From Candidatus Zixiibacteriota bacterium (GTDB taxonomy: Bacteria; Zixibacteria; MSB-5A5; WJJR01): a DNA stretch of 29,270 nt. Numbering within the stretch: the first letter of the stretch is position 1; the number at the start of each line of letters is the position of its first letter. The position numbers and the translations under genes were made by a program. Positions 18,355-26,380 of this stretch are shown here, piece by piece. The notes under the pieces are model-generated. The model did no database searches and was not told the origin of the DNA. It saw only the letters and a list, made by a program, of their open reading frames with translations. The stretch is taken from the NCBI GenBank assembly GCA_036170655.1, contig JAVHPP010000125.1, positions 1 through 29,270 on the forward strand, read 5' to 3'.

Positions 18355-19617
18355 GTGTTAACCAGCCGCACTATCGTAATAATTGCAGTGAATTGCATCT
18401 CTATCATGCTATTGCAACCGATTGGCCACGCCTCGACCCGTACCGTGGCCAAGGATCTCCAAGCCGCCATCGATGCCGCCAAGCCGGGAGACACGCTGCG
18501 ACTGGCGGCGGGAACGTACACGGCAACGCCCGTGACCTTCCTTGATACTCTCTGCGGCAATTGCCAGGAACACAAAACCAAGCATCAGGCCTCGTACGGT
18601 TTCCACGTGAAAGACAAGCCGCTGTGGATCGTGGGCGCGGGAATGGACAAGACCACGCTGGTCACCAAGGCCGGCTATGGCGTTTTCTTCGACAACTGTC
18701 CCGATGCGGGGATTATGAATCTGGCAATCACCGGCGGCAACCGCGACACATCCGGGCTGGCCACGGATGCGGGCGTTGTTGTGCGCGATTCGCGGGTGAC
18801 CGTTCAGAACTGCCTGATCCGTGACAACACGCAGTACCCCGAATCGCTCATTGTCGGCATCGGCGGCGTGATGGGACGTGAGGGTGCCGAGCTGTACATC
18901 ATCGGCAATCGCATCATCAATAACACGTGGGATGGCGTGGCGCTCTATCGCGGCGCGACGGCGGTGATCGCCGACAATGTGATCCAAAAAGGGCGCGGCG
19001 TCGGCGTGGGAATTACGTGGGACGCAACGGCCACCGTGGTCCGCAACCAGATTTCTCAATTCTGGAAAGGGATCGGAGCGTTCGGGGCCACGCGCGTGAT
19101 CTGCCGAAACAACATCGTCTTCCACTGCCTCGGCTGGGGGATCATCGCCACCGGCACATCGTACATGGATTGCGCCAACAACATCATCTTCCGCAACGGC
19201 AACTGCGGGTTCGGCCTCTGGGGACCTGATGCCCACGGGCGAATGACCAACAATGTGATTGTCCTCAACGGCTGGCGCGATCAGTGGGTCTGCCCGCGTG
19301 TCGGCGTTTGGAATTACGGCCACCCGCTTCTGTTTCCCATGTCCTACAATGTGCTGTGGGACAACGTGGAGGGCGACTGGCGCGACATGCCCGACTACAC
19401 CGGCGAGTATAGCAATGTCCATCTTGACCCGTTGTGGGATACGCTGACCTTCGTCCCGCAAGCGGGCTCTCCCCTGATCGACAACGGCAACCCGGAACTG
19501 ACCGATCCCGACGGCACCCGATCCGACATCGGTATTTATGGCGGCCCGCAGGCTTTCCGCCGTCCGCTCGAAATTCCGCGTAGTGCGCCGGTAGACACGC
19601 GGAAGAAGAGGAACTAA
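18355..19617 (+). CDS. Secreted right-handed parallel beta-helix (pectin-lyase/NosD-like) protein
   Basis: Signal peptide; LQAAIDAA.PGDTL.LAAGTY; repeated I..N.I..N / G.GI motifs; C-terminal SPLIDNG...DPDG.RSDIG.YGG. Confidence 0.82.
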   Translation: MLTSRTIVIIAVNCISIMLLQPIGHASTRTVAKDLQAAIDAAKPGDTLRLAAGTYTATPVTFLDTLCGNCQEHKTKHQASYGFHVKDKPLWIVGAGMDKTTLVTKAGYGVFFDNCPDAGIMNLAITGGNRDTSGLATDAGVVVRDSRVTVQNCLIRDNTQYPESLIVGIGGVMGREGAELYIIGNRIINNTWDGVALYRGATAVIADNVIQKGRGVGVGITWDATATVVRNQISQFWKGIGAFGATRVICRNNIVFHCLGWGIIATGTSYMDCANNIIFRNGNCGFGLWGPDAHGRMTNNVIVLNGWRDQWVCPRVGVWNYGHPLLFPMSYNVLWDNVEGDWRDMPDYTGEYSNVHLDPLWDTLTFVPQAGSPLIDNGNPELTDPDGTRSDIGIYGGPQAFRRPLEIPRSAPVDTRKKRN

Positions 19618-19643
19618 CCAGTTCTCACTGTCAGGGCAGGATC

Positions 19644-19723
19644 TGTAGGGGCACGGCTTGCCGGTGCCCGGCCCAGCTGCTGCCAATCTCACGCCAGCGG
19701 ACACGGCAAGCCGTGCCCCTACA
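19644..19723. repeat. REPIN: inverted pair of GTAG-type REPs
   Basis: Perfect 20-bp inverted repeat tgtaggggcacggcttgccg (19644-19663) / cggcaagccgtgcccctaca (19704-19723); each arm extends into its own hairpin. Confidence 0.85.
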
Positions 19724-19876
19724 TCCGCCGAAGCACTTCCCGATTTGTCTCATTCCTTACGCAAGAGCCACCCCGGCAAGACAATCTGCACATCCGTCGG
19801 TCGGTGTCCGCGACAGCCGGAGAAATTGTCAACAAAGCGAGCCGTCGAGCATGATTCCAGTCCCAAGCAACAGTGC

Positions 19877-19895
19877 ATTGTGATATACTTGCAAT
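19877..19895 (+). promoter_or_regulatory. Extended -10 promoter (TGnTATACT) within an imperfect palindrome upstream of hbd-crt-ACAD
   Basis: attgtga-tatac-ttgcaat; TG at 19881-19882, TATACT at 19884-19889; AT-rich spacer. Confidence 0.4.
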
Positions 19896-20000
19896 CTTCG
19901 GTCCTCCAACGCAATACTCGTTGGTATGGACCAGGGTACCAGAATTCACACGTGAAGATGAAGGTCACGAGGTAAAGTAAAAGGAAAAGGAGCGGAACGA

Positions 20001-20861
20001 ATGACCATTCGCAAAGTTGGTGTTGTCGGCTGCGGGCTGATGGGATCGGGAATCGCGCAGGTGAGCGCCCAAGCTGGCTATGACGTGACAGTCCGCGAGA
20101 TCACGGACGACTTGTTCCAGCGCGGATACAAGCGCATCGCCGGCTCGCTCGACAAGTTTGTCGAGAAGCAGAAAATGACAGCCGCCGAGCGGGACACGGT
20201 CCTGGGCCGGATCAAGGGGACAACGAAGCTGGCTGATTTGAAGGACTGCGATCTGGTTATCGAGGCGGCCATCGAAAACTTCGCAGAGAAGACCAAGATC
20301 TATCGCGAACTCGACGGTGTCTGTGGACACAAGACCATTTTCGCGTCCAACACGTCATCCCTTTCAATCGGTGACATGGCCGCAGTCACGAAGCGGCAGG
20401 ACCGTTTCTGCGGCCTGCATTTTTTCAATCCTGTGCCGATCATGAAGCTCGTTGAAGTCGTGCGCTCCATCGACACATCGGAAGAGACTTACCAGACCGC
20501 GAAGGCCTTTGCCGAATCGACCGGCAAGACCGTCGTCACGGCGAAGGACACACCTGGCTTTGTGGTGAATCTGCTCCTGGTCCCCTATCTCTTGGACGCC
20601 GTACGCGCGCTCGAAGCGGGTGTCGCCTCGAAGGAAGACATCGACAACGGGATGAAGCTGGGCTGTGGCCATCCGATGGGCCCACTGACATTGCTCGACT
20701 TCGTCGGGCTCGACACAACCTACTACATCGCCGAGATCATGTTTGCCGAGTTCAAAGACACACGTTACGCCGCGCCGCCGTTGTTGAAGCGCATGGTCAA
20801 TGCCGGGTATAACGGACGCAAGTCGGGGCGCGGTTTTTACAACTATTCTGCGTCAGTGTGA
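20001..20861 (+). CDS. hbd: 3-hydroxybutyryl-CoA dehydrogenase
   Basis: GCGLMGSGIAQV, IEA..E, ASNTSSL, GLHFFNPVP, PGFVVN, HPMGP..LLD.VGLD, G.KSG.GFY.Y. Confidence 0.95.
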   Translation: MTIRKVGVVGCGLMGSGIAQVSAQAGYDVTVREITDDLFQRGYKRIAGSLDKFVEKQKMTAAERDTVLGRIKGTTKLADLKDCDLVIEAAIENFAEKTKIYRELDGVCGHKTIFASNTSSLSIGDMAAVTKRQDRFCGLHFFNPVPIMKLVEVVRSIDTSEETYQTAKAFAESTGKTVVTAKDTPGFVVNLLLVPYLLDAVRALEAGVASKEDIDNGMKLGCGHPMGPLTLLDFVGLDTTYYIAEIMFAEFKDTRYAAPPLLKRMVNAGYNGRKSGRGFYNYSASV

Positions 20862-20876
20862 GGGAGGCTCTGATCA

Positions 20877-21662
20877 ATGGCTATCTATGAGAATATCCTT
20901 GTCGATGCCGCGGCCCCGCTCGCGACAATCACGGTCAACCGTCCGTCTGTCCTCAACGCGCTCAATGACAAGACCATTGCCGAGCTCGACGGCGCGTTCG
21001 CGGAACTGGAACACAACGACGCCATTCGCGTCGTGATCCTGACCGGCTCGGGCGAGAAAGCGTTTATCGCCGGCGCCGACATCAACGAACTGAAGGTCTG
21101 CGATGTGCAGGGGGGGATCCACAAATCGATCCGGGGACAAAATCTCCTGCATCGCATCGAAGACTCCCGCCTCATTGTCATCGCCGCGATCAACGGCTTT
21201 GCGCTGGGCGGTGGATGCGAGATGGCGATGGCGTGCGATATCCGTCTGGCCTCCGACACGGCGCGACTGGGCCAGCCCGAGGTCAGCCTGGGAATCATAC
21301 CGGGTTATGGCGGCACACAGCGTCTCCCGCGTCTCGTGGGACGGGGAAAGGCGAAACAACTGATTCTGACGGGTGACCTGGTCAATGCCGAGGAGGCGCA
21401 CCGTGTTGGCTTAGTGGACGAAGTATATCCAGCGGCCGATCTGTCCGCCAAGGCGCGAGAGATGGCGTTGAAGATCGCGGCCAAGGGACCAGTGGCGATA
21501 TTCACGGCGAAGCGGTGCATCAACCTCGGCCTCGACGTCGACCTGAAGAGCGGCCTCGAGTACGAGTACACCCAGTTCGGCGTCATCTGCGCGACGAACG
21601 ACAAGACAGAGGGCTGCGCGGCGTTTCTGGAGAAACGCCCGGCGAAGTTTACGGGGCGATGA
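20877..21662 (+). CDS. crt: Enoyl-CoA hydratase / crotonase
   Basis: NRP..LNAL, AF.AGADI, NGFALGGGCE, GQPEV.LG..PG.GGTQRL (both catalytic Glu). Confidence 0.93.
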   Translation: MAIYENILVDAAAPLATITVNRPSVLNALNDKTIAELDGAFAELEHNDAIRVVILTGSGEKAFIAGADINELKVCDVQGGIHKSIRGQNLLHRIEDSRLIVIAAINGFALGGGCEMAMACDIRLASDTARLGQPEVSLGIIPGYGGTQRLPRLVGRGKAKQLILTGDLVNAEEAHRVGLVDEVYPAADLSAKAREMALKIAAKGPVAIFTAKRCINLGLDVDLKSGLEYEYTQFGVICATNDKTEGCAAFLEKRPAKFTGR

Positions 21663-21755
21663 GGGGAAAAGACCAGGCCGGTGCATCGGCACACAAGGCC
21701 ACATGCTCCGGCAATAGCTGACCACCACCCATCCGGTGGCGTGGAGAGCGACACT

Positions 21756-22901
21756 ATGGACTTTGCACTATCCGAGGACCATCAAGCGATCCAGCAGGTC
21801 GCGCGTGAATTCACCGAAAAGAAGATCATCCCGCGTGCCGCCGAATTCGACGAAACCGGAATAATGGATCTGAATCTGGCCCGTGAGATGGGCGAGGCCG
21901 GGTTCCTCGGCGTGATCGTGCCGGAACAGTACGGCGGGTCTGGCCTCGACATGGTGTCCTACGCCATCGTCTCGGAAGAATTGGGACGGGGATGCGCCTC
22001 ACACGCAACCATTGTCGGGGCGCACAACTCGCTGTTCTCCTATCCAATCCTCTGCTTCGGCACCGAAGAGCAGAAGAGGTTCTACCTGCCACCGGTGTGT
22101 TCCGGCGAGAAGTTTGCGGCGTTTTCGCTATCCGAACCCGGTGCCGGCTCCGATGCCGCCAGCATCGAAACATCGGCCGTCTTGAATGGCAACGATTACG
22201 TCCTGAACGGCAACAAGATCTTTGTCACCAATGGCGCCTTTGCTGACTACATCATTGTCCTCGCCAAGACCGACCGCAACGCCGGGGCGCGCGGCATGAC
22301 CGCGTTTCTCCTGCACAAGGAGATGCCCGGATTCTCCATCGGCCACATTGAGAAAAAGATGGGGTTTCACGCATCCCCCACGACAGAACTGATCCTGCAA
22401 GATGTCCGCGTGCCCAAGGAAAACATGCTGGGCAAGCTGGGCGGCGGGTTCCGTGTGGCGATGGAATCGCTCAATTCCGGACGGATTTCCGTCGGCGCCA
22501 CCGCCCTCGGGATGGGACGGCGCGCCTTTGAGCTGGCGCTGAAGTACTCCAAAGAACGCAAGCAGTTCGATCAGCCGATCTCATCCTTCCAGTTGATCCA
22601 AAACCACCTCGCCAATATGTACTGCCGACTGGAAGCGGCCCGCTGGCTGGTCTACAATGCCGCCTGGCGCAAGGATCAGAATCTCGAATACGCCACCGAG
22701 GCGGCAATGGCCAAAGTCGTGGCTTCGGAAATGGCCACCTATGTCACCCACCGCGCCATTCAGATCCTCGGAGGATACGGATACCTGCGCGACTACGAGG
22801 TCGAGCGGCTTTACCGTGAGGCGCGCCTGACCGAGTTGTTCGAAGGCACATCGGAAATCCAGCGCCTTGTGATCGCCCGCGGACTGATCAAACGCGGTTG
22901 A
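21756..22901 (+). CDS. Short/branched-chain acyl-CoA dehydrogenase (butyryl-CoA dehydrogenase-like)
   Basis: LSEPGAGSD, LNGNK.FVTNG, R.QF..PI, QILGGYGY, FEGTSEIQR; ATG at 21756. Confidence 0.92.
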   Translation: MDFALSEDHQAIQQVAREFTEKKIIPRAAEFDETGIMDLNLAREMGEAGFLGVIVPEQYGGSGLDMVSYAIVSEELGRGCASHATIVGAHNSLFSYPILCFGTEEQKRFYLPPVCSGEKFAAFSLSEPGAGSDAASIETSAVLNGNDYVLNGNKIFVTNGAFADYIIVLAKTDRNAGARGMTAFLLHKEMPGFSIGHIEKKMGFHASPTTELILQDVRVPKENMLGKLGGGFRVAMESLNSGRISVGATALGMGRRAFELALKYSKERKQFDQPISSFQLIQNHLANMYCRLEAARWLVYNAAWRKDQNLEYATEAAMAKVVASEMATYVTHRAIQILGGYGYLRDYEVERLYREARLTELFEGTSEIQRLVIARGLIKRG

Positions 22902-22939
22902 CCTGCACTCATAAATCACCCTATTTTTGCCCGTATATG

Positions 22940-22962
22940 GTGGCACGGGCAGGATGCCCATG
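22940..22962 (+). repeat. GTGG-type REP-like palindrome
   Basis: GTGG-cacgggca-gga-tgcccatg. Confidence 0.5.
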
Positions 22963-23034
22963 TGTCCGCTGTTAACGGCGAAGGGCCTTGGTTGCTTATG
23001 ATTCGGCGACTATTCGGTCAGGAAGCGGATGACG

Positions 23035-23103
23035 CCAAGGGGCTAAAGCCCCTTGTCCGCGATGTTTGCGCTCGCCTGCGGACAAGGGGCTTTAGCCCCT
23101 TGG
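23035..23103. repeat. REPIN: perfect 26-bp inverted repeat with internally palindromic arms
   Basis: ccaaggggctaaagccccttgtccgc (23035-23060) / gcggacaaggggctttagccccttgg (23078-23103). Confidence 0.88.
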
Positions 23104-23148
23104 TTCTTTCAAATATGAGATAATCGATCCCGAAAGTTCGGAGGAACC

Positions 23149-24453
23149 ATGTCCATCCCACTCGAACGAGATCTGATCTACGACTGGAACAAGCATCAGG
23201 CCGAAATCGTCCTGTCGCCCAAGAAAGTCGAACTGGATGACGAGACCCTGCGCGACGGGCTGCAAAATCCCTCGGTCACCGATCCGCCGGTGGACAAGAA
23301 GATCGAGCTTTTGCACCTAATGTCCGGCTTGGGCATCGATGCGGTCAATCTGGGTCTGCCCGGCTCCGGGCCACGGGCGCGCGCCGACATCACACGCATG
23401 GCGGAGGTCATCCGTGATGAGAAACTCAGTTTATTCCCCAACTGCGCGGTGCGCACGGTCAAAGCCGACATCACCCCGCTGATCGAGATCGTGCAGAAAA
23501 CCGGCGTTGCCATCGAAGCGGCCACGTTCATCGGGTCTTCGCCGATTCGTCAGTACGCCGAGGAATGGACGATGGACCATATCCTCAAGCTGTCGGTCGA
23601 CGCGGTCGAGTACGCGGTGCAAAATGGCCTGCCGGTGATGTATGTCACCGAGGACACGACCCGTGCCCGCCCCGAAGACATCCGCCGAATGTACACCGCC
23701 GCCATCGAGGCCGGCGCCAGACGCATCGCGGTCTGCGACACCTGCGGGCATGCCATGCCGTACGGCGTGCGCAACCTGATTATGTTTGTCAAGCAAGTCG
23801 TTGCCGATACCGGCGAGAAGGTCAAGATCGACTGGCACGGTCATTCCGACCGCGGTCTGGCGGTGGTCAATTCGCTGGCCGCGATCAAGGCGGGCGTCGA
23901 CCGGGTTCATGCCACCGGCTTGGGCATCGGCGAGCGTGTTGGCAACACCGCCATGGACCTGCTACTGGTGAACATGAAACTCGATGGTATCATCGACCGC
24001 GACCTCACGCGTCTGGCCGAATACACCCAGATGGTTTCCGAGATGTGCGATGTGCCGATGCACAACATGTACCCTGTGTTTGGCCACGACGCTTTCCGCA
24101 CGGCGACCGGCGTGCACGCCGCCGCGGTGATCAAAGCCAAGAACAAGGGCGACGACTGGCTGGCCGACCGTGTCTACTCCGGAGTTCCGGCGGGGATGTT
24201 TGGTCTGAAGCAGAAGATCGAAATCGGTTTCATGTCGGGTGTTTCAAACATTGTCTACTGGCTGAAGGAGCACGGTATCGAGCCGGAAAAGAAACTTGTC
24301 GACGAAGTCTTCACCGCCGCCAAGCAGCACAACCGGATCATGACCGACGACGAGATCTTCAATATCGTGCGCTACCACCAATTCGAGTCCGGCAGTCTCC
24401 CCACCGACACGCTCGACGAATGGACCAAGCAGATCAAGGGGCAGGGGGCGTGA
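23149..24453 (+). CDS. LeuA-family DRE-TIM Claisen condensing enzyme (2-isopropylmalate/homocitrate/citramalate synthase-like), short form
   Basis: DETLRDGLQ, EDTTRA, CDTCG, HGHSD (HxH), GIGERVGNT; GGAGG RBS; 434 aa, too short for a full LeuA regulatory domain. Confidence 0.85.
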   Translation: MSIPLERDLIYDWNKHQAEIVLSPKKVELDDETLRDGLQNPSVTDPPVDKKIELLHLMSGLGIDAVNLGLPGSGPRARADITRMAEVIRDEKLSLFPNCAVRTVKADITPLIEIVQKTGVAIEAATFIGSSPIRQYAEEWTMDHILKLSVDAVEYAVQNGLPVMYVTEDTTRARPEDIRRMYTAAIEAGARRIAVCDTCGHAMPYGVRNLIMFVKQVVADTGEKVKIDWHGHSDRGLAVVNSLAAIKAGVDRVHATGLGIGERVGNTAMDLLLVNMKLDGIIDRDLTRLAEYTQMVSEMCDVPMHNMYPVFGHDAFRTATGVHAAAVIKAKNKGDDWLADRVYSGVPAGMFGLKQKIEIGFMSGVSNIVYWLKEHGIEPEKKLVDEVFTAAKQHNRIMTDDEIFNIVRYHQFESGSLPTDTLDEWTKQIKGQGA

Positions 24454-24492
24454 GGGTGGGCTCTGCCCACCACTCGGCTTGGGTGGCCCACC
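24454..24492 (+). repeat. REP-like palindrome immediately after the LeuA-family stop codon
   Basis: (gtga)g-ggtgggc-tct-gcccacc followed by a partial copy gggtggcccacc at 24481-24492. Confidence 0.55.
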
Positions 24493-24515
24493 AGTGAAGG
24501 GAAAAGTGCGCACAG

Positions 24516-25106
24516 ATGAACTGCGACCCGGATACTCTCCTATTGACTTATCCATCCGTCTGTGATCGGATTCAGCGGCTCACCAGTGAGATGATGAGGT
24601 TTTGGAAATCAGCTTACGGATGGGCTCCGATTGAGGCTGCTGGGCTGCTGGAAAAGTCAATGCTTGAGTGGCAGGCATCTCTGGCAGAAAGCCTGCCTCG
24701 ATGGCTTGAATCATCAAGCGAGGGTGATCTAATTCTGGCTTGGGCCAACATCGGAGCACTTGTAGAAGGACAGTTGAAGCTGTTCCTCTCGGTTTGGTAC
24801 CACGATTACAGTACTGACGCTGAGGCCATCAAAGACCAGTGCGGAAGAGCCAAGGATCCCGATGGATGCGGACTGGAACCTCTTCGCCAATTCTTCGTGA
24901 AGAGAATCTGGATCGACGGACCGAACTGGAACCCTTATGTCGGATTGATACAACAGCGACGAAACGCGATCCACGCCTTTCGGGCAAGAGACATTGGTAC
25001 TTTCTCCGAATGGAGGGAAGAACTCAGACGGCATCTGTCATTCGTTCGAGACATAAACAGTCGCCTTCCATATCCAGATTCGGTATTCGTGCCAACGGAG
25101 TTCTAG
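24516..25106 (+). CDS. Hypothetical helical protein with HEPN-like RNase motif, lower GC
   Basis: IQQRRNAIHAF (R148-x4-H153) near the C-terminus and GALVEGQLKLFL upstream; about 50% GC in hand-counted lines versus about 60% in neighbours. Confidence 0.7.
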   Translation: MNCDPDTLLLTYPSVCDRIQRLTSEMMRFWKSAYGWAPIEAAGLLEKSMLEWQASLAESLPRWLESSSEGDLILAWANIGALVEGQLKLFLSVWYHDYSTDAEAIKDQCGRAKDPDGCGLEPLRQFFVKRIWIDGPNWNPYVGLIQQRRNAIHAFRARDIGTFSEWREELRRHLSFVRDINSRLPYPDSVFVPTEF

Positions 25107-25157
25107 CAAGTGATCTTCCGCCCGGTGCCCGAGGCAATCGTCGACGTCCAGAACTGA

Positions 25158-25217
25158 GTGCCACGGACTTCAGTCCGTGATTCCCCCGCGCGACGCACTG
25201 ACTCAAGTCAGTGGCAC
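25158..25217. repeat. REPIN: inverted pair of 22-bp GTGCCAC-headed palindromes (IS200/IS605-end-like)
   Basis: gtgccacggacttcagtccgtg (25158-25179) and the reverse complement of 25196-25217, gtgccactgacttgagtcagtg. Confidence 0.8.
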
Positions 25218-25247
25218 ACGTTGCCACCGATTCCGTATGTTCCCCCC

Positions 25248-26144
25248 ATGCCTACCGCGCGACGCGACGCACTCACCGGCACCCTGTTTGTCCTGGCGGC
25301 GATTACATCGTGGGGGGCGTATTTCCCCTTTGCAAAACTGGTACTGCAGAAACTGACGCCGGTTGATTTTCTGATCTTCCGCTTGGGAATTGGCGCGGCC
25401 ACGCTGGCGCTGCTGAATCTGCGGCTGCGGAAGTCGTTCCGGATCGAGAAACGCGATCTGGCGATTGTGCTCGGGGCGGGCGTTGTCGGCATTATCATTC
25501 ACCAGATCATCCAACTGAACGGATTGCGGTTCACATCGGCCACCAACACCGGCTGGATTCTGACGTTGATCCCGCCGGTCACCGGGCTTCTGGGGTGGCT
25601 ATTCCTGAAGGAACGGGTGCGGCCGCGGCAGGTATGGGGGCTTGCGATCGCGATGACCGGCGTGGTCCTCTTTGTATCGAAAGGCCATCCGGAGCAGTTG
25701 TCACTGGGGAAGAACCTCGGCGATGCGCTGGCCTTCGGCAGTGTGATCAGTTGGACGGTTTACACGATCATGACCAAAGCCCGCCTGCAACGGTACGATC
25801 CGCTGGCGGTCTCCGCGATCCACATGTTTCTGGGATTTGTCTTTTTCGCGCTCGTGGGCGGGTGGCATGTCGGCTCACGTGTGTCGGCGCTCGATTGGCG
25901 CGACTGGACAATCATCATAGTGATCGGCATTGTGCCGTCGGGACTGGCATATTTTTGTTGGAACGCAGGACTCAAACGCTTGAGCGCGATGGACACCAGC
26001 ATGTTTCTGTTCCTCGAGGCGATTGTCGCATCCGCCGCCGGGGCGCTGCTCTTGGGCGAGACATTCACCACGTCAATGGCGGCCTTCGCGCTTTTGATCG
26101 CGGCGGGCGTGTATGTGGGGCAGCGGCGAGTGGCGAGGGGTTGA
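25248..26144 (+). CDS. EamA/DMT family transporter
   Basis: About 10 TM helices in two EamA repeats; WG..F...K, GL.FTSA, LKER, SGLAY..WN.GL, LLGE. Confidence 0.9.
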   Translation: MPTARRDALTGTLFVLAAITSWGAYFPFAKLVLQKLTPVDFLIFRLGIGAATLALLNLRLRKSFRIEKRDLAIVLGAGVVGIIIHQIIQLNGLRFTSATNTGWILTLIPPVTGLLGWLFLKERVRPRQVWGLAIAMTGVVLFVSKGHPEQLSLGKNLGDALAFGSVISWTVYTIMTKARLQRYDPLAVSAIHMFLGFVFFALVGGWHVGSRVSALDWRDWTIIIVIGIVPSGLAYFCWNAGLKRLSAMDTSMFLFLEAIVASAAGALLLGETFTTSMAAFALLIAAGVYVGQRRVARG

Positions 26145-26195
26145 TTCGCCGCTGTCGCACTGCCCGCGTAGTCCCACAAAGAGCAGGTCCGGAGA

Positions 26196-26277
26196 TTGTG
26201 GTGCGGCCGTCCCTAGCTGCACACGCTGGTACAGCCGCCCTCGGCGGCAGACGCAGGCGAGGACGCCTACACCACAA
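26196..26277. repeat. Three-copy REP cluster (two direct, one inverted), consensus about TGGTGCAGSCGTCCTCGSCTGCA
   Basis: ttgtggtgcggccgtccctagctgca (26196-26221, +), tggtacagccgccctcggcggca (26227-26249, +), reverse complement ttgtggtgtaggcgtcctcgcctgc (26253-26277, -). Confidence 0.7.
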
Positions 26278-26380
26278 ACAAGACCCGAATCGCGGTACAA
26301 GCAGTTGCATCGTCTTAGAAAATCCGCGTTATTCACCCGACCAGGAGGGCCGGATGGCCATCCCTTCATGAGGATATGTG

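Noticed and set aside
18409..19704. Long antisense or alternate-frame ORFs (431 aa here; also 17216-18094, 23565-24497, 15355-16167, 8676-9434)
   Set aside because: Shadow ORFs of high-GC coding genes with no recognisable motifs.
22954..23001. 15-aa ORF MPMCPLLTAKGLGCL as a leucine attenuator leader for the LeuA-family gene
   Set aside because: The start lies inside a REP-like hairpin without a properly spaced RBS, only two Leu codons are adjacent, and the downstream hairpin is explained as a REPIN.
25100..25160. Possible integron attC site after the HEPN-like gene
   Set aside because: No RYYYAAC...GTTRRRY core pair at the expected positions.
18301..26277. Palindromic repeats as a CRISPR array
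   Set aside because: Repeats differ in sequence, are mostly inverted, and are separated by whole genes; no cas genes.
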